Of a stretch of 64,000 nt of DNA, positions 1 to 11,745 are shown piece after piece. Under the pieces are notes generated by a model. It did no database searches. It was not told the DNA's origin and saw nothing but the letters and a program-made list of their open reading frames with translations. The DNA is from Negaprion brevirostris (Eukaryota), in assembly GCA_030324005.1 (NCBI GenBank), contig JARDVH010000124.1, forward strand, positions 37,007,451 to 37,071,450, given 5' to 3'. The translations under genes and the position numbers were made by a program. Each line of letters opens with the position of its first letter. Positions within the stretch are counted from its first letter, which is position 1.

Positions 1-824
1 AGACTGACCACAATCTCATTGTCCAAAATGGAGTTTCAGTTACCACCTCACCCCCCCCCCCACCCCGCCCACCCAGCTGTCAGGACCAGAGTTGCTGACT
101 TGTTCTCTCTCCATTGCACATAAGTGCTGCTGGGTAGAGGGAGCTTGGCCTCCCATTCAATTTCTCTCCCGTTACCCCAGGAACCAACATTCCCCTGGGG
201 CTGCCGAATGGACCATAGTTTCAGGTCCAAAATAACAGTGGGAAAGTTCCACAATTCTGTGAAAACCTAGAAGAGGCCAATTCTATCTTGATTTCAGCTT
301 CAAAATTGCACCTGATTATCTCTTAGTGTGAAGGATTTTTCCAAATGTTTCTGGGCCCTTCGGGTCCCTTTTGACATATTATGGTGACACAGAAACATTT
401 CTTCTGCACCACTATGGGTTTTTTTTTTACCAATTTTCACTGATTTGCTCAACCATGTGTTTGAAATGTCCCTTGACCATGGGTCGTGGTTGGGGTGAAT
501 TCAGTGTGGAGGCCTGATGTCCCATTCTGCCTGAATTCAACATCGAAGAGGACAGTCTAGCCCTTCATGTTTCTATCGTGTGATCCATGGTAAAGCTGTC
601 TCACTTGTTACATACGATGTGGCAATATTGGAAATCCTGATAATTTGTCTCTCTCATTCACCAGTAGCCTCTGGCTACTTTCTATTAACAGCTATTTGTA
701 ATCTTCACTGTGACAATCTCCCAGTCGAAGTCCACCACCATCAGTGCAGAGTATATCTCTGCATAATTAAACTGCTCCATACTGACGCACCACGCGGATG
801 TACTCTGCCATGCAATTCATTTTG

Positions 825-1390
825 CTAAGTAGTACTCTCACCTGTGAATTAGAAGTTTGGTTCAAGTTCCACTACAGGACTTTGAAGGAGTAATCTAGGC
901 TGACACTACCAAGGTGCGTTGTAATGTCAAGAGGGATCATTCTTTGAATAAAGTATTAGACCAAGTCCCCCGCTGCCCATTCAGGTGGATGTAAAATTTC
1001 CCATCCGTTCATTCAGAGAAGAGCAGAAAGGTGGTCTTGTATCTTGGTTCAACACTCAAAACTTCAGCCAACATGACAATACAATCTGACTTCATAGAAT
1101 CCTACAGTACAAAGTTTGCCCATTGAGTCTGCACCGACCACCATCTCACCCCGGCCCTATCCCCATAACCCCATACATTTACCATGGCTAGTCCCCCTGA
1201 CATTAGGGGGCAATTCAGCATGGCCAATTCACCTAACCCACGTGCCTTTGTATGCAACCTTGCAGCGTACAAATGAATATTTTGTCCACGAAGCATCAAT
1301 AACCACTCCCAAGTAATTTCTTGACTCTGGCTTTGTTTTGGAATGTCCTGCGATAGTATAAATAAAAAGCTGCCTTAATGTCATCCTCTT
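825..1390 (+). mobile_element. Old Deu-SINE (SacSINE1-like) split by a V-SINE fragment
   Basis: tRNA-like head (ggttcaagttccact), body ctaggctgacact...caggtggatgtaaaa...cagccaacat; degenerate 3' half resumes after about 1250. Confidence 0.6.
1093..1242 (-). mobile_element. HE1-like V-SINE, 3' fragment with CR1-type tail
   Basis: catagaatcctacag...cccattgagtctgcaccgacc...gcaattcagcatggccaattcaccta is the reverse complement of the tail of the full copy at 5364. Confidence 0.8.
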
Positions 1391-2859
1391 CGAACTGTCC
1401 TGCATTGTGTTTTCCTTGCCCGGTTGGAAAAATGGTTATTTATTCCTCACTTCTAAGGGCTCCAGTGTCATTACATGGCTGGAGGGAGCACGTTATCCAT
1501 GATGAAGCCTTAGTAATGCAGCTCGTGGGCCAGTTACCAGGAGGCCGATGAGTATGGGCCAGGATAATGTGGTCTTCGATTACTCCTGTTTCCTGGTGGA
1601 GGAGTACCCAGCCTTGCGCTGTCACCTTCTTGCTGATGGTGCAGCTGAGATCAGGGTCTGGCCGGGAGCTGATGAACTGCTGTTCCCTTTGTCCTGTTGA
1701 AAGCGTGGCCACTCTACTCCATATTCCAGCGTGATGAACAGTTATTATTATCCTCTCTTATTTAAGCGAAGAAAAATCATTTCTGTGTTGCAGTACATGA
1801 AAATGCATTTAATGGAGTGTTGCAATTTTTTTTGGCGGTTTTATCCCATTGTCTTTATGCATCTGTGGATGTGTTACAGCTGAGGCCAGGTCGTGACCTT
1901 TTTTCATAAATTTGAAAGCAGCCCACAGATCAGTGTTTGCTTCTTGCTGTCATTTTGTCCTTTGAGCATGGCNNNNNNNNNNNNNNNNNNNNNNNNNNNN
2001 NNNNNNNNNNNNNNNNNNNNNNNNNNNNNNNNCCCCTGGGGGGTGCCGGGGGGAGAAGGGGCGGGGGGGGGCAGGGGGGGTGTCTATCCGACAGGTTCTG
2101 TGAATCTGAGGTGGGAAGAATAAAATGTTCTTCACGAATCCCAGGGAATCGGAGCTAAGTAATAATGGCTCGAGGACTGCAGACAAACTCACTCCACAAC
2201 CCCACATCTTCCCAAAGAGTTTGCAACCTCTTCAGTAGCACAGGTCTTAGTGGTCTCGCTGCTTCCCTCCAAACAGGAGGCAAACATGGAGTGCATAAAT
2301 AATGAAAGGCTGACTAAAGTGGACTGTTTTCTCAATGCTAATGTGACTGTCTATTTTTTCTCCCAAAGGAGAAAGAATTGAGAGCTATGGAGAGAGAGCA
2401 GGAGAAAGGGAGGAATTCGAGAGCTCCTTCGTACAACTAACCCTTACACTCCTTACCTCTCCTCTAATCCTGATCATTATATCTTTCTCTTGACTGCAAT
2501 GCAGAAATAAAAACCAACGTGTATTGCAAACCCAATTTTAAATTAAATCATGCTGTGTGTATCCCAAAGCTGCCTCACATGCTCCAAACCTGTTGCCAGA
2601 GGAGATTACACTTATCTAACCAACTCGAAGGCAATGGTTACCACAGAGCACAGGCTCAGAGTGAAAAAGCTCTCTCTGCAACAACATCCCTCCACACGCC
2701 ACCGTAATAACAGCCACCAAGTCTTGGATCACGGATTTTCCGATTCTTCATCAAGAAACAGGGCCCAAGTGGAAGCATGTGGCTTGACAAACTCACCCCC
2801 ACTCACTCTTGACAGTGGGATAATCCCTGGGGTCTGGTGTCATTCCTAAGCTGTTGCTG

Positions 2860-4200
2860 CCCCTAGAAGTGGGAAAACCCAACCAATGATCCTTTGTCCC
2901 TCTGTCTACAGTCGAAAGTGGTCAAACAGCCCATCCTGTATTCATCCCAAATGAACAGGCGGGAGAAGGAAGAAGTTACTCTAATCTGGTCCTTGCACCA
3001 GCATTGAGGAAAAGTTCTAGAATTGGCTGGATCTGCCTTCATAGACATTTCATTTCATAGACCATGCTGACTGGTGTGAAGATAGTAGCTTTCAACAATT
3101 AATCAATGCGTATCAATGGGCTTATCAACATCTTAATGAACGAACACAAGTTCCTCATTTGAGGACAAGACCAGTTGAACATGGACACTCAGCAGTGGCC
3201 TGCTACAAGGGTGGTTGCCTTTTCCAGCACGTAGAACACTGCCCTGCTCTACACCAGATCCCAAAAGGTTGCCCATACCGATGACATAGTGCTGTTGACG
3301 CAGACGTCAGTGCTGGAGGAAGCAGGTAGGATGCTGACTAACAACATGGAACTACTAAAATGCTGTTTCCAGGACTGGCACCTCCACCGTAATCCAGAGC
3401 TACGTCAGCACTCAACGAAAAATGATACTGCTGATTAAGAGCTCAATGTTTCCTTCTCTGGAAGGCACCTCATCTAGTTCCCTTACCCAGAATATCCAGG
3501 TGGCACCCTGAACAGGACTCTCATCTTCCAGCCACATCTTGCTGATTCTTGCCAAAGTGTAAGAACCAGAATGAAAGTGTTCTGGAGATTCACTGAAATG
3601 TCCCAGTGGAACGCAATCAGTACTGCGACAGTTAACCTAAACTCCTCTGCTATGTCTCGTGGTCCATCAGCTTTCACACAAAGATCACAATATAGAGCTA
3701 AATTCTGTGATGCAGACGGTGTCAGGGATGCTCAAGTCCACCCTGACTCTGTGACTCCCAGTAGTATTTACCCTCCTCAACTTGATGAACTGATCCCTTC
3801 TCCAGCTTATTTTTTTTATATATTAGATTACTTCATGTCCTTATCTAATGTTAAATACCTTCAGTTATTAGTTATAAAAAGCATTGGAATGAGGGACAAA
3901 GGCTGCTTAACTATCAAGAATCAGCCAATCAACCCAACTGAATAGCTTCCACATTACTTTGTCTGTGATTCGCTGTATTTTTATTGTACTCAGTGACTTA
4001 GGTGGAGGGCATCACGGGCAACATGTACCTTATCACTCCCAAAGATTTGAAAAACCCTATCAAGAAAGCCACATAGGATTGTGCCTGCCGTTCCATGTAG
4101 CTGATATCAGCCCACTGCCCAAGTGGACAGAATCATCAGATACATGCAGCATTAAAAACCACCAGCTCATCACTGACTCCTGGCAGTCAGTGGGCACCAC
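2860..4200 (+). mobile_element. Degraded non-LTR retrotransposon reverse transcriptase (Jockey/Daphne-like, clade uncertain)
   Basis: Colinear broken motifs: GKPTNDP, IPNEQAG, GSAFIDIS, AHTDDIVL (YADD box) followed by CFQDWHLHRNP, ELNVSFSG, PEYPGGTLNRTLIFQPHL, RLKSRKP-like. Many stops and frameshifts. Confidence 0.7.
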
Positions 4201-4657
4201 ACAGGCAAATCTACGTAGGGAAGGGCATTGCAATCANNNNNNNNNNNNNNNNNNNNNNNNNNNNNNNNNNNNNNNNNNNNNNNNNNNNNNNNNNNNNNNN
4301 NNNNNNNNNNNNNNNNNNNNNNNNNNNNNNNNNNNNNNNNNNNNNNNNNNNNNNNNNNNNNNNNNNNNNNNNNNNNNNNNNNNNNNNNNNNNNNNNAAAA
4401 TTAGCCATCGTCTTGCACAGTTCATTCCCTTATTTTTCCGCTTTTATTTCCTTTCCTCAATGGCAGGTGGGAGATGATTTTCTGATGAATATCACTGGAT
4501 TTACATTGAGTATAATGAAACCAGTTCCACCTTCTCATTAAGCTTCTGAGATGTTGATATGTCACTGCCCTGAGGGGCAACAGCCTCACATAATCTCTCC
4601 AACTGCTGCAATTCCATAGCATGCACACCAAATCCATGAGAAATAGACCTCTGGGGA

Positions 4658-4985
4658 TTTGATTTGATTTATTATTGCCATGTGTATTGGAATACAGTGA
4701 AAATTATTGTTTCTTGCATGCTATACAGACAAAACATACCATTCATATAGACAACACAATCTTTCCCTCAATGTTAATAAAACAAAGAAGATAGTCATCA
4801 ACTTCAGGAAGTGTATTGGAGGACATGCCCCTGACTACATCAATGGTGATGAAGTAGAAAGGGTCGAGAGCTTCAAATTTCTAGATGTCCAGCTGAGCAA
4901 TAGCATGTCTTGGTCTCTCCATGCCGACCATGGTTAAGAAAGCCCACTAACACCTCTACTTTCCCAGAAGGCTAAGGTAATTCCC
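4658..4985. mobile_element. Rex1/Babar-type LINE fragment with inverted structure
   Basis: 4750-4985 (+) encodes NLSLNVNKTKKIVINFRK...INGDEVERVESFKFL...KKAH*HLYFPRRLR. 4658-4748 reads on the minus strand as a LINE 3' tail ending aataataaatcaaatcaaa. Confidence 0.75.
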
Positions 4986-5363
4986 TGAGGGAAAGATATA
5001 GTCATCGCACCATTTCACCAGATTCTCTATTTCTTTCCCGTATTCTGTCTCGTCATTGTTTGAGATCTGACCCACTGCAATGATACCATCAGCAAACTTG
5101 AAACTGGAGTTGGAGGGGAGTAACAACGACAGAGAAACTCTGTAGAGTAGTCCCCTCCACCTGATTCCTTAGACTGGGAAATGCAGTCTGTTGTGATTTG
5201 GAAGCTGAGAGTTGTAACCTGGGCAGTCACAGGGATGCTTTTGCAACAGGAGCTGAACTGCAGATGGCCCTGGAGGTGGAAGACTGATCACAGTGCAGCA
5301 ATGTATTTGTGCACAGCTGCACTAATGCAACTAGTAGAATCATCCATGCTTACTATCAGATCA

Positions 5364-5688
5364 GGATGGCACAGTGGCATAGTGGTTAGCACTGCTGTCT
5401 CACAGCAGCAGGGACCTGGGTTCAATTCCAGTCTTGGGTCACTGTCTGTGTGGAGTTTGCATGTTCTCCCTGTGTTTGCGTGGGTTTCCTCCAGGTGCTC
5501 CGGGATTCCTCCCACAGCCCAAAGATGCGCAGGTTAGGTTGATTGGCCATTCTAACTTGACCCTCAGGGGAATAGCAAGGTAAATACATGGGGTTATGGG
5601 GATAAGGGCCTGGGTGTGATTGTTGTTGGTGCAGGCTCGATGGGCCAAATGGCCTCCTTCGGCACTATAGTGATTCTATCATTCTATC
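5364..5688 (+). mobile_element. Full-length HE1-like V-SINE, tail type A (CR1-derived)
   Basis: tRNA head with A box (tggcatagtgg) and B box (ggttcaattcc), V-domain gtgtggagtttgcatgttctccc...gggtttcctcc, tail gatgggccaaatggcctccttc...gattctatcattctat. Confidence 0.9.
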
Positions 5689-5929
5689 TTGCAGCATATT
5701 TACCATAACCTCTTGTAAATGCTCCCTCAAATGTCAGTCCGGAAAGATTTACTTCAGGAAGATTAGAACAGGGGACTCAGCAGGGTTCAGTGAGAACCAG
5801 CGAAATGGAGAAAATACAGTTGTTAGGAGGTGAGCAGGAAAAGGAGGATGAAGGGTTTGTGTCAAATGGGTAGCTACCGACATTTCCAGGTATTTGTAAT
5901 CTACACAAGTTACAGATCGTCGATTAGCA

Positions 5930-6120
5930 GGATTGTCAGAAAAACCTATCTCTAATATCTTTTAGGGAAGGAAATCTGCCATCATTACTTGGTCTGGCCT
6001 ACATGTGATTCCAGATCCACAGCAATATGGTTGACTGTCAACTGCCCTCAGGCAACTAGGGATGGGCAATAAATGCTGGCCAGTCAGTGATGCCCATGTC
6101 TCATGAATGAATACAAAAAA
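5930..6120 (+). mobile_element. 5'-truncated copy of the second SINE family (full copy at 23690)
   Basis: ggaaatctgccatc...ggtctggcctacatgtg...ggttgact...agggatgggcaataaatgctggcc plus an A tail, colinear with 23850-24022. Confidence 0.75.
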
Positions 6121-7466
6121 TGAATTGAAGAAAGACAGTGATTTGCAGGTTTGGGGGGATGGAACTGTTTTCTGCTTCGCTGTGGCACCATCTTCCTCAT
6201 CTTGTAAACTTCAATACCAAAAGAAAGGCGTGTGTATGGTGGCTGTGCAAGCAGTAGCAGAGTCAACGTGAAAACCACGGCAGAAGGGTAGACTTGGCTG
6301 CCCTATGGCCATAAATTCAGTGTTGGTTGTTAGTGAAGGTCAGAGTGAGCCTTTATTCTGTTGAAAGCCACCAATCTCTTCCTTACCTGCTCTGTCAATA
6401 ACTCTTGTCAAATACTTGAAGGGCTTTTTTTTCCTCTAACAGCTAAGGTGTTACAAGTTGACTGGATCGCATCAGTGTGGGTTCTCTGCTGATGGTCATG
6501 TGCCAAATTTTCCCTTACAGAAAATGAAGGTTTTCAAGCTCTAGCAGGTGACATAAGGGGATGCTTCTTAAATGTGTGGCATCAAGAAGGTGGAGCAATT
6601 AGATTAATCGCCATTATTTATTGACTATGTTACATCTCTGCTGAACAAAATTCAAACCCATTAGTTAACACTGGGATGACTGCAGTGAGGAATTGAACGT
6701 TCAGAGTCTTTTTACAAGACCTGAGTTTGTATCTTTATGGAAGCTACGAGAAATATCAGAAGGAAGGACACCAGAGTGAAAAATATTTGACTTGTCAGGG
6801 TGACTGGATGAAGATGAATCAATCTCAGCACGTGCTGTGAATTGAGCAGCCTCCAACATTGGCAGCTCCGATCATCCAATATAGGTGTATCATTCACTTT
6901 ATTTAAATGATTCCTGTGTCATTTATGATCCAAGGGAGCAAATTTTATATTTCTAATATTTCATCAAGTGATAGAAGGAAGACAATGAGTAAAGTAGTAA
7001 ATGCCTGACTTTACCACAATTAGGAAAATTACACATGGGACTGCTGGTCTTGCCAGAGTTAAGAAAATCTATATGAAAATTATAACAGTCATGTATCTGG
7101 CATATCTGTCACATCCCAAAGTGCCGCACATATACATGATTGACTCAAGTATCATATGCGTAAAATAACTATTTTTCTGCTCTTTCTCTCACATGTGATA
7201 TGCTGTCTTTTGGGTCACAAATTGAAACTGTGAGATGCATTTATGCCTTTCCCTTAGATTAGGATGATTTCCATTTGCTACCCTTACTGGGAGATGAATA
7301 CGGTTGCTTTTAAGGAGCCCCCAAAGGTGCATAATTGCTCATGACTTTCCTTCAAATGTTTTCTTATAAAACCTTGAAAAAATTTAACTGTCTGCTTCCT
7401 AATATCCATTAATCCATTTTGGAAGGGTAGGAATTAACGTGGATGAAAATTCCATTAGTGTTTGCT

Positions 7467-7794
7467 GCGACACGATGGAACGGTGCTTAGGACTGCTGCT
7501 TCATAGCACCAGGGCCTTAGGTTCAATTGGGTGGCTCTCACTAAATTGACCCTTAGGTCTGCATGAGTTTCCTCTGGGTGCTTCAGTGTCCTCCCACAGT
7601 CCAAAGATGTGCAGGTTAGACCATGCTAAGTAGCCCTTTAGTATCCAAAAACATCTAGGTTAGATGGTTTCGCCACAGTAAATGTGTAAAGTCCCAGGGA
7701 TAGAGTGAGGGCGAGGGCATGGATAAGATGCTCTTTTAGAGTGTTGAAGCAGACCCGATGGGTCTAATGGCTTCTTCTGCACTGCAGGGATTCG
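7467..7794 (+). mobile_element. Diverged V-SINE, tail A
   Basis: Head ctgctgcttcatagcaccaggg, V-domain ctcccacagtccaaagatgtgcaggttag, tail gcagacccgatggg...ttctgcactgcagggattc. Confidence 0.8.
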
Positions 7795-8055
7795 AAAATT
7801 ACGCCACTCTTACAGAATTTTAGCCCCATTAATAACACAGGTAGACTAGAAAACTCTTATTCAAAATCATGTCACATGAAATTGATTATGTTGACATGAC
7901 AATTTTAAATATTTCTCCTTCTCTAACTCTTACAATGAAGTATTCAGCTACTTTGGAAAAATTGAATGAGCAAAAACAGGCAATTTTTCTGTAGAATAGT
8001 GACTTTGACAGGAAATTCAGATTTCCTATCAAATCCAGATTGCTATGGATATTTG

Positions 8056-8180
8056 AAAGAACAAAGACCCTGACAGCAGGAGAACAGGCCCTTCAGCCCT
8101 CCAAGACTGCATTGACATTGCTACCCATCTGAACCCTCCTGGGGACCATATCCCTCTGTTCGATACTATTCATGTATTTG
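8056..8180 (-). mobile_element. CR1-like LINE 3' end fragment
   Basis: aaagaacaaaga...aacaggcccttcagccctcc, the reverse complement of a CR1 3' UTR with a microsatellite tail. Confidence 0.6.
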
Positions 8181-8206
8181 AAAGAACAAAGAACTAACAT
8201 TTTGAC

Positions 8207-8386
8207 CTAAGGGTCAATTTAGTGTGGTCAACCTACCTAATCTGCACGGAATATGGGAGGAAACCAGAGCACCCAAAGGAAACCCACACAGACATGGAGA
8301 GAACATACAAACTCCAGAGAGATGGTGACCCAAGGCCAGAATTGAACCAGGTCCTTGGTGCTGTGAAGCAATAGTGCTAACCACTG
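8207..8386 (-). mobile_element. V-SINE (head and V-domain)
   Basis: gggaggaaaccagagcaccc...gaaacccacacagacatgg...gtgctaaccactg. Confidence 0.85.
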
Positions 8387-8972
8387 ATCCAACAATAATT
8401 CTCAGTATGCCATAAGAAATGAAAGATTTGGCCTTTGTGCGACTTCATGAATTTTAAGCTTAATCCAAAATAGTAATTCAAGATGGCAGACAGGTTCAGA
8501 GGGCACCCACATGTCATGAAAGCAGGTATGGAAAGCTTATCTGCTCTTATATTAAGCTTCCTTGAAATGCTACACAAAATAAATAAAGTGTCTTTTCCAG
8601 CAGTTTTTAATACTCACTTGTCCTGTAAATAGCAAATCTTCAGAGCATATAGGACTTCCCAAAATAATATGTGCTTCTGACATGCTTGTATCACCATTAA
8701 CATGTTGTTACCCTTCTCAAATTTATAACCCCTGATTTGAAGAAAGCAGGTAAGTAAACAAAATATATTAAAGCAAACTTCATGGAACAGCCAAGTTACA
8801 TAGGGATAAGAAAAACCTGTAAGAATGTCTGAGGCCCTGTTGCAATGCTGTATAACTTTCTCCAAATGGGATTTGAGTGCCATCTAAACAAACTGGAGGG
8901 AAGCAACAGTTGGAACAAAGTCAGTTCCAGGGCCCCTTGATTCTTATCAAACCGGATGAAGTGATCCCGTAT

Positions 8973-9231
8973 GCACAGTGGCACATGATTAGCACTGCTG
9001 GCACACACTGCCAGGGACCTGGGTTTGATACCCAGCATGGGTCACTGTCTGTGCCGGGTCTATATGTTCCCCATGTGTCTTTGTGGGTTTCCTCCGAGTA
9101 TTCCGGTTCCTCCCACAATCCAAAAGACGTGCTGGTTGGGTGCATTGGCCATGCTAAGTTCTCCCTCAGTATAGCTGAACAGGCACCGGAGTGTGGCAAC
9201 CAGGGGATTTTCACAGTAACTTCATTGCAGT
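8973..9231 (+). mobile_element. V-SINE, tail type B, running into an N gap
   Basis: Same head and V-domain, then gtgctggttgggtgcattggccatgcta...gaacaggcaccggagtgtggc...ggattttcacagtaacttcattgcagt. Confidence 0.9.
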
Positions 9232-9404
9232 NNNNNNNNNNNNNNNNNNNNNNNNNNNNNNNNNNNNNNNNNNNNNNNNNNNNNNNNNNNNNNNNNNNNN
9301 NNNNNNNNNNNNNNNNNNNNNNNNNNNNNNNNNNNNNNNNNNNTCTTGGCTTGTTTAGGTGAAGATCAAATTGAAGACATCAAATTACCCGATATTAGAA
9401 TTAG

Positions 9405-9726
9405 TATCACAGAATCATACAGCGCAGAAGAAGATTAGTCGGTCCATCAAGTCTGCACCAACCACAATCCCACCAGGCCCTATCCCTATAACCTCATGCA
9501 TTTACCCTAGCTAGTCCCTCTGACACTAAGCAGCAATTTGGCATAACAGTCCACCTAACCTGCTCATCTTTGGACTGAGAGAGGAAACTGGAGCACCCGA
9601 AAGAAACTCACGCCAACACTGGGAGAAGGTGCAGACTCCGTATAGACAGTGACCCAAGCCAGAATCAAACTCGAGTCCTTGGCACTGTGAGGCAGCAGTG
9701 CTAACCACTGTGCCACCGTGCTGCCC
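9405..9726 (-). mobile_element. Full-length V-SINE, tail A
   Basis: Complete reverse-complement copy ending gtgctaaccactgtgccaccgtgctgccc. Confidence 0.9.
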
Positions 9727-10324
9727 TCGCTATCAATTAAGATCAGGAATTAACAAGCGTAAATCAGAATTCCTACTGTTTTGTCGCCAGTCTCTTTTTA
9801 TATAACCTAATCTACTTACATATCCACACTGTATGGTGATTATTTTATGATCAGTAATTATTGTCTGAATAAACGTAACTTGTAAATTTTTCCTTTCCTA
9901 TAACTGAACATGTATTTATAACTGTTGAATGTTAAAGGGAAATTTTGTTTGGGGAGAGTGTAGTTACAGTATAAGGTACCCACATCCTTGATACTGCTTG
10001 GGTTTTACACACCATCCACTTCTTTAATAAATTTGGAAGCTGCCTATCTGGAAAAGTACAGACATGAGATTGAAAGTGAAAAACAACATTTGGTGAAAGG
10101 GGAAAGAGACATTGATGTTAAGGTTATCTGTCAGGCATCCTTGCATTGTATAAGTTCCATGTCAATTGGGAGTTTCATATCACATTATAGGGCAATAACA
10201 GCTAAGGAACATGAAATCCATTCTTTCCATCATTCCATCACTGCCATAAAGCATTTGAATGAAAAAAAAGTAAAAAGAGGAAACAGTGATGTTAGAGTGC
10301 AAGGGACTTGTTATTTTGACAATT

Positions 10325-10639
10325 AGAATCATAGACTNNNNNNNNNNNNNNNNNNNNNNNNNNNNNNNNNNNNNNNNNNNNNNNNNNNNNNNNNNNNNNN
10401 NNNNNNNNNNNNNNNNNNNNNNNNNNNNNNNNNNNNNNNNNNNNNNACACTAATGGTCAATTTAGCATGGCCAGTCAACCTGACCTGCACATCTTTGGAC
10501 TGTAGGAGAAAACCAAAATACCTGGGGGAAACCCACGCAGTCACAGAGAGAACTGCAAACTCCACACAGATGGTCATCTGAGGCCAGAATCGAATCTAGG
10601 TCCCTGGTGCTGTGAGGCAGCAGTGCTAACCGCTGTGCC
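10325..10639 (-). mobile_element. V-SINE, tail A, partly in an N gap
   Basis: agaatcatag tail remnant, gap, then tttagcatggcc...cacatctttggactgt...gtgaggcagcagtgctaacc. Confidence 0.85.
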
Positions 10640-11524
10640 TATGAACATGAGCAATAATCTATTAACATTTTTCTTTCAACTGATATTATTTAATGATATC
10701 CTCCCTAAATAGGAAACTGTGAATTAAATTGGAACTTGAGCAAGTCTGCATTGCACTGCACAGCCTGTTAGTTTCAAATGTTAGGTAGCCCCAGTCACCA
10801 GGAATATCATTTTCCAGTTAACATTCTGATTTTCTTTTGAGTTGTATCAAAAACTGGTTTACAGGTGCAGGTTTACTCTATGGAGATCAGTAACTGAACA
10901 CTGCGGCCACCTTCACATTAGCAGAATAATTAATTGGATCAGACATAAAGAATTGACTTCAATTGACCTTTATTCACTGTTCTCCTTTGAAAATGTACAA
11001 AAGACACAGCCACGTGGGTACTAATGATGTCACTATGCTCTCCCGAGGTGGTCTGCATTCCCGCCGAAACAGCAAGCTAATAAAGGCTTGACTAGACCTC
11101 GTGGTTGACCAAGCCAATCACAGATATATTGTGCTGTCAGGATGTAGAAAACATCTTTTCGGGAACATTTTTTTAAAGGAAAAAGTACTGTTTCCTAATG
11201 TGCAATCTTTCTAGTTTTTTTTTCTAAACGGCAATGCAACATGAGACAAAAACATTTCACACAACCCTCAGCTTAACACACAATGTGCAATGACTTAATT
11301 TCTGCACTTAGTGCTCCCTCCTGGCTGGTTTGAGAATGGTGAGTGTATTTTATGTATTCCTTTTACTTAAAGAATTAAAGTCTTATGTACATCACCCTTG
11401 CCCATGGCAGGAAAAGTTAACAGTTGAATTTCAGATTCTTTTGGAAAAGATGTCCATTTTTCAGACTGTGTCCGCCCTCTTAGTTGCATGTAAAAGAGTC
11501 AGTGACACACTTCCAGGAAGAGGA

Positions 11525-11745
11525 GACAATCTTCTCCCCTATGTCTTGTCCTAACCAACATGATTAAAACTGCTCAATAGGTTATTTATCCTCTTGCTGT
11601 TTGTGAGGTCTTGCTATGAACAAATTGATTGCTGTAGTTCCTACATCGCAACAGTGAGTGCGCTGCAAAACTACTTCAATGGTCTTGCAGCATTTGGGAC
11701 CGCCTAACACTGGAGAGATGAGATGTAAATGCCAGTTCTTTCTTT
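11525..11745 (+). mobile_element. Old Deu-SINE 3' half
   Basis: aaccaacatgattaaaac...ttgctgtttgtgaggtcttgct...cctacatcgcaacagtga...gcatttgggac...gtaaatgccagttctttcttt (Deu domain plus L2-like tail). Confidence 0.7.

Noticed and set aside
1440-1712. 90-aa minus-strand ORF in GC-richer sequence
   Set aside because: No recognisable domain or splice context; probably an unclassified repeat relic.
2033-2080. G-rich tract that could form a G-quadruplex
   Set aside because: Low-complexity sequence beside an N gap with uncertain base calls and no functional evidence.
4030-4065. Peptide QRFEKPY resembles INPP5A QRFEKVSY of the preceding exon
   Set aside because: No GDFNFRLD follows, there are no splice signals, and it lies inside a LINE relic read in another frame.
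5364-5440. tRNA-like A and B boxes, repeated many times in the window
   Set aside because: These are SINE heads followed by the V-domain, not tRNA genes.
8050-8192. 18-bp direct repeat tatttgaaagaacaaaga flanking a CR1 fragment
   Set aside because: It is largely the CR1 microsatellite tail sequence, so it cannot be taken as a clean target-site duplication.
9344-9376. tcttggcttgtttaggtgaagatcaaattgaag loosely resembles the U2 snRNA 5' end
   Set aside because: It is only about 30 nt, has several mismatches and abuts an N gap. It is not a gene and is too weak to call a fragment.
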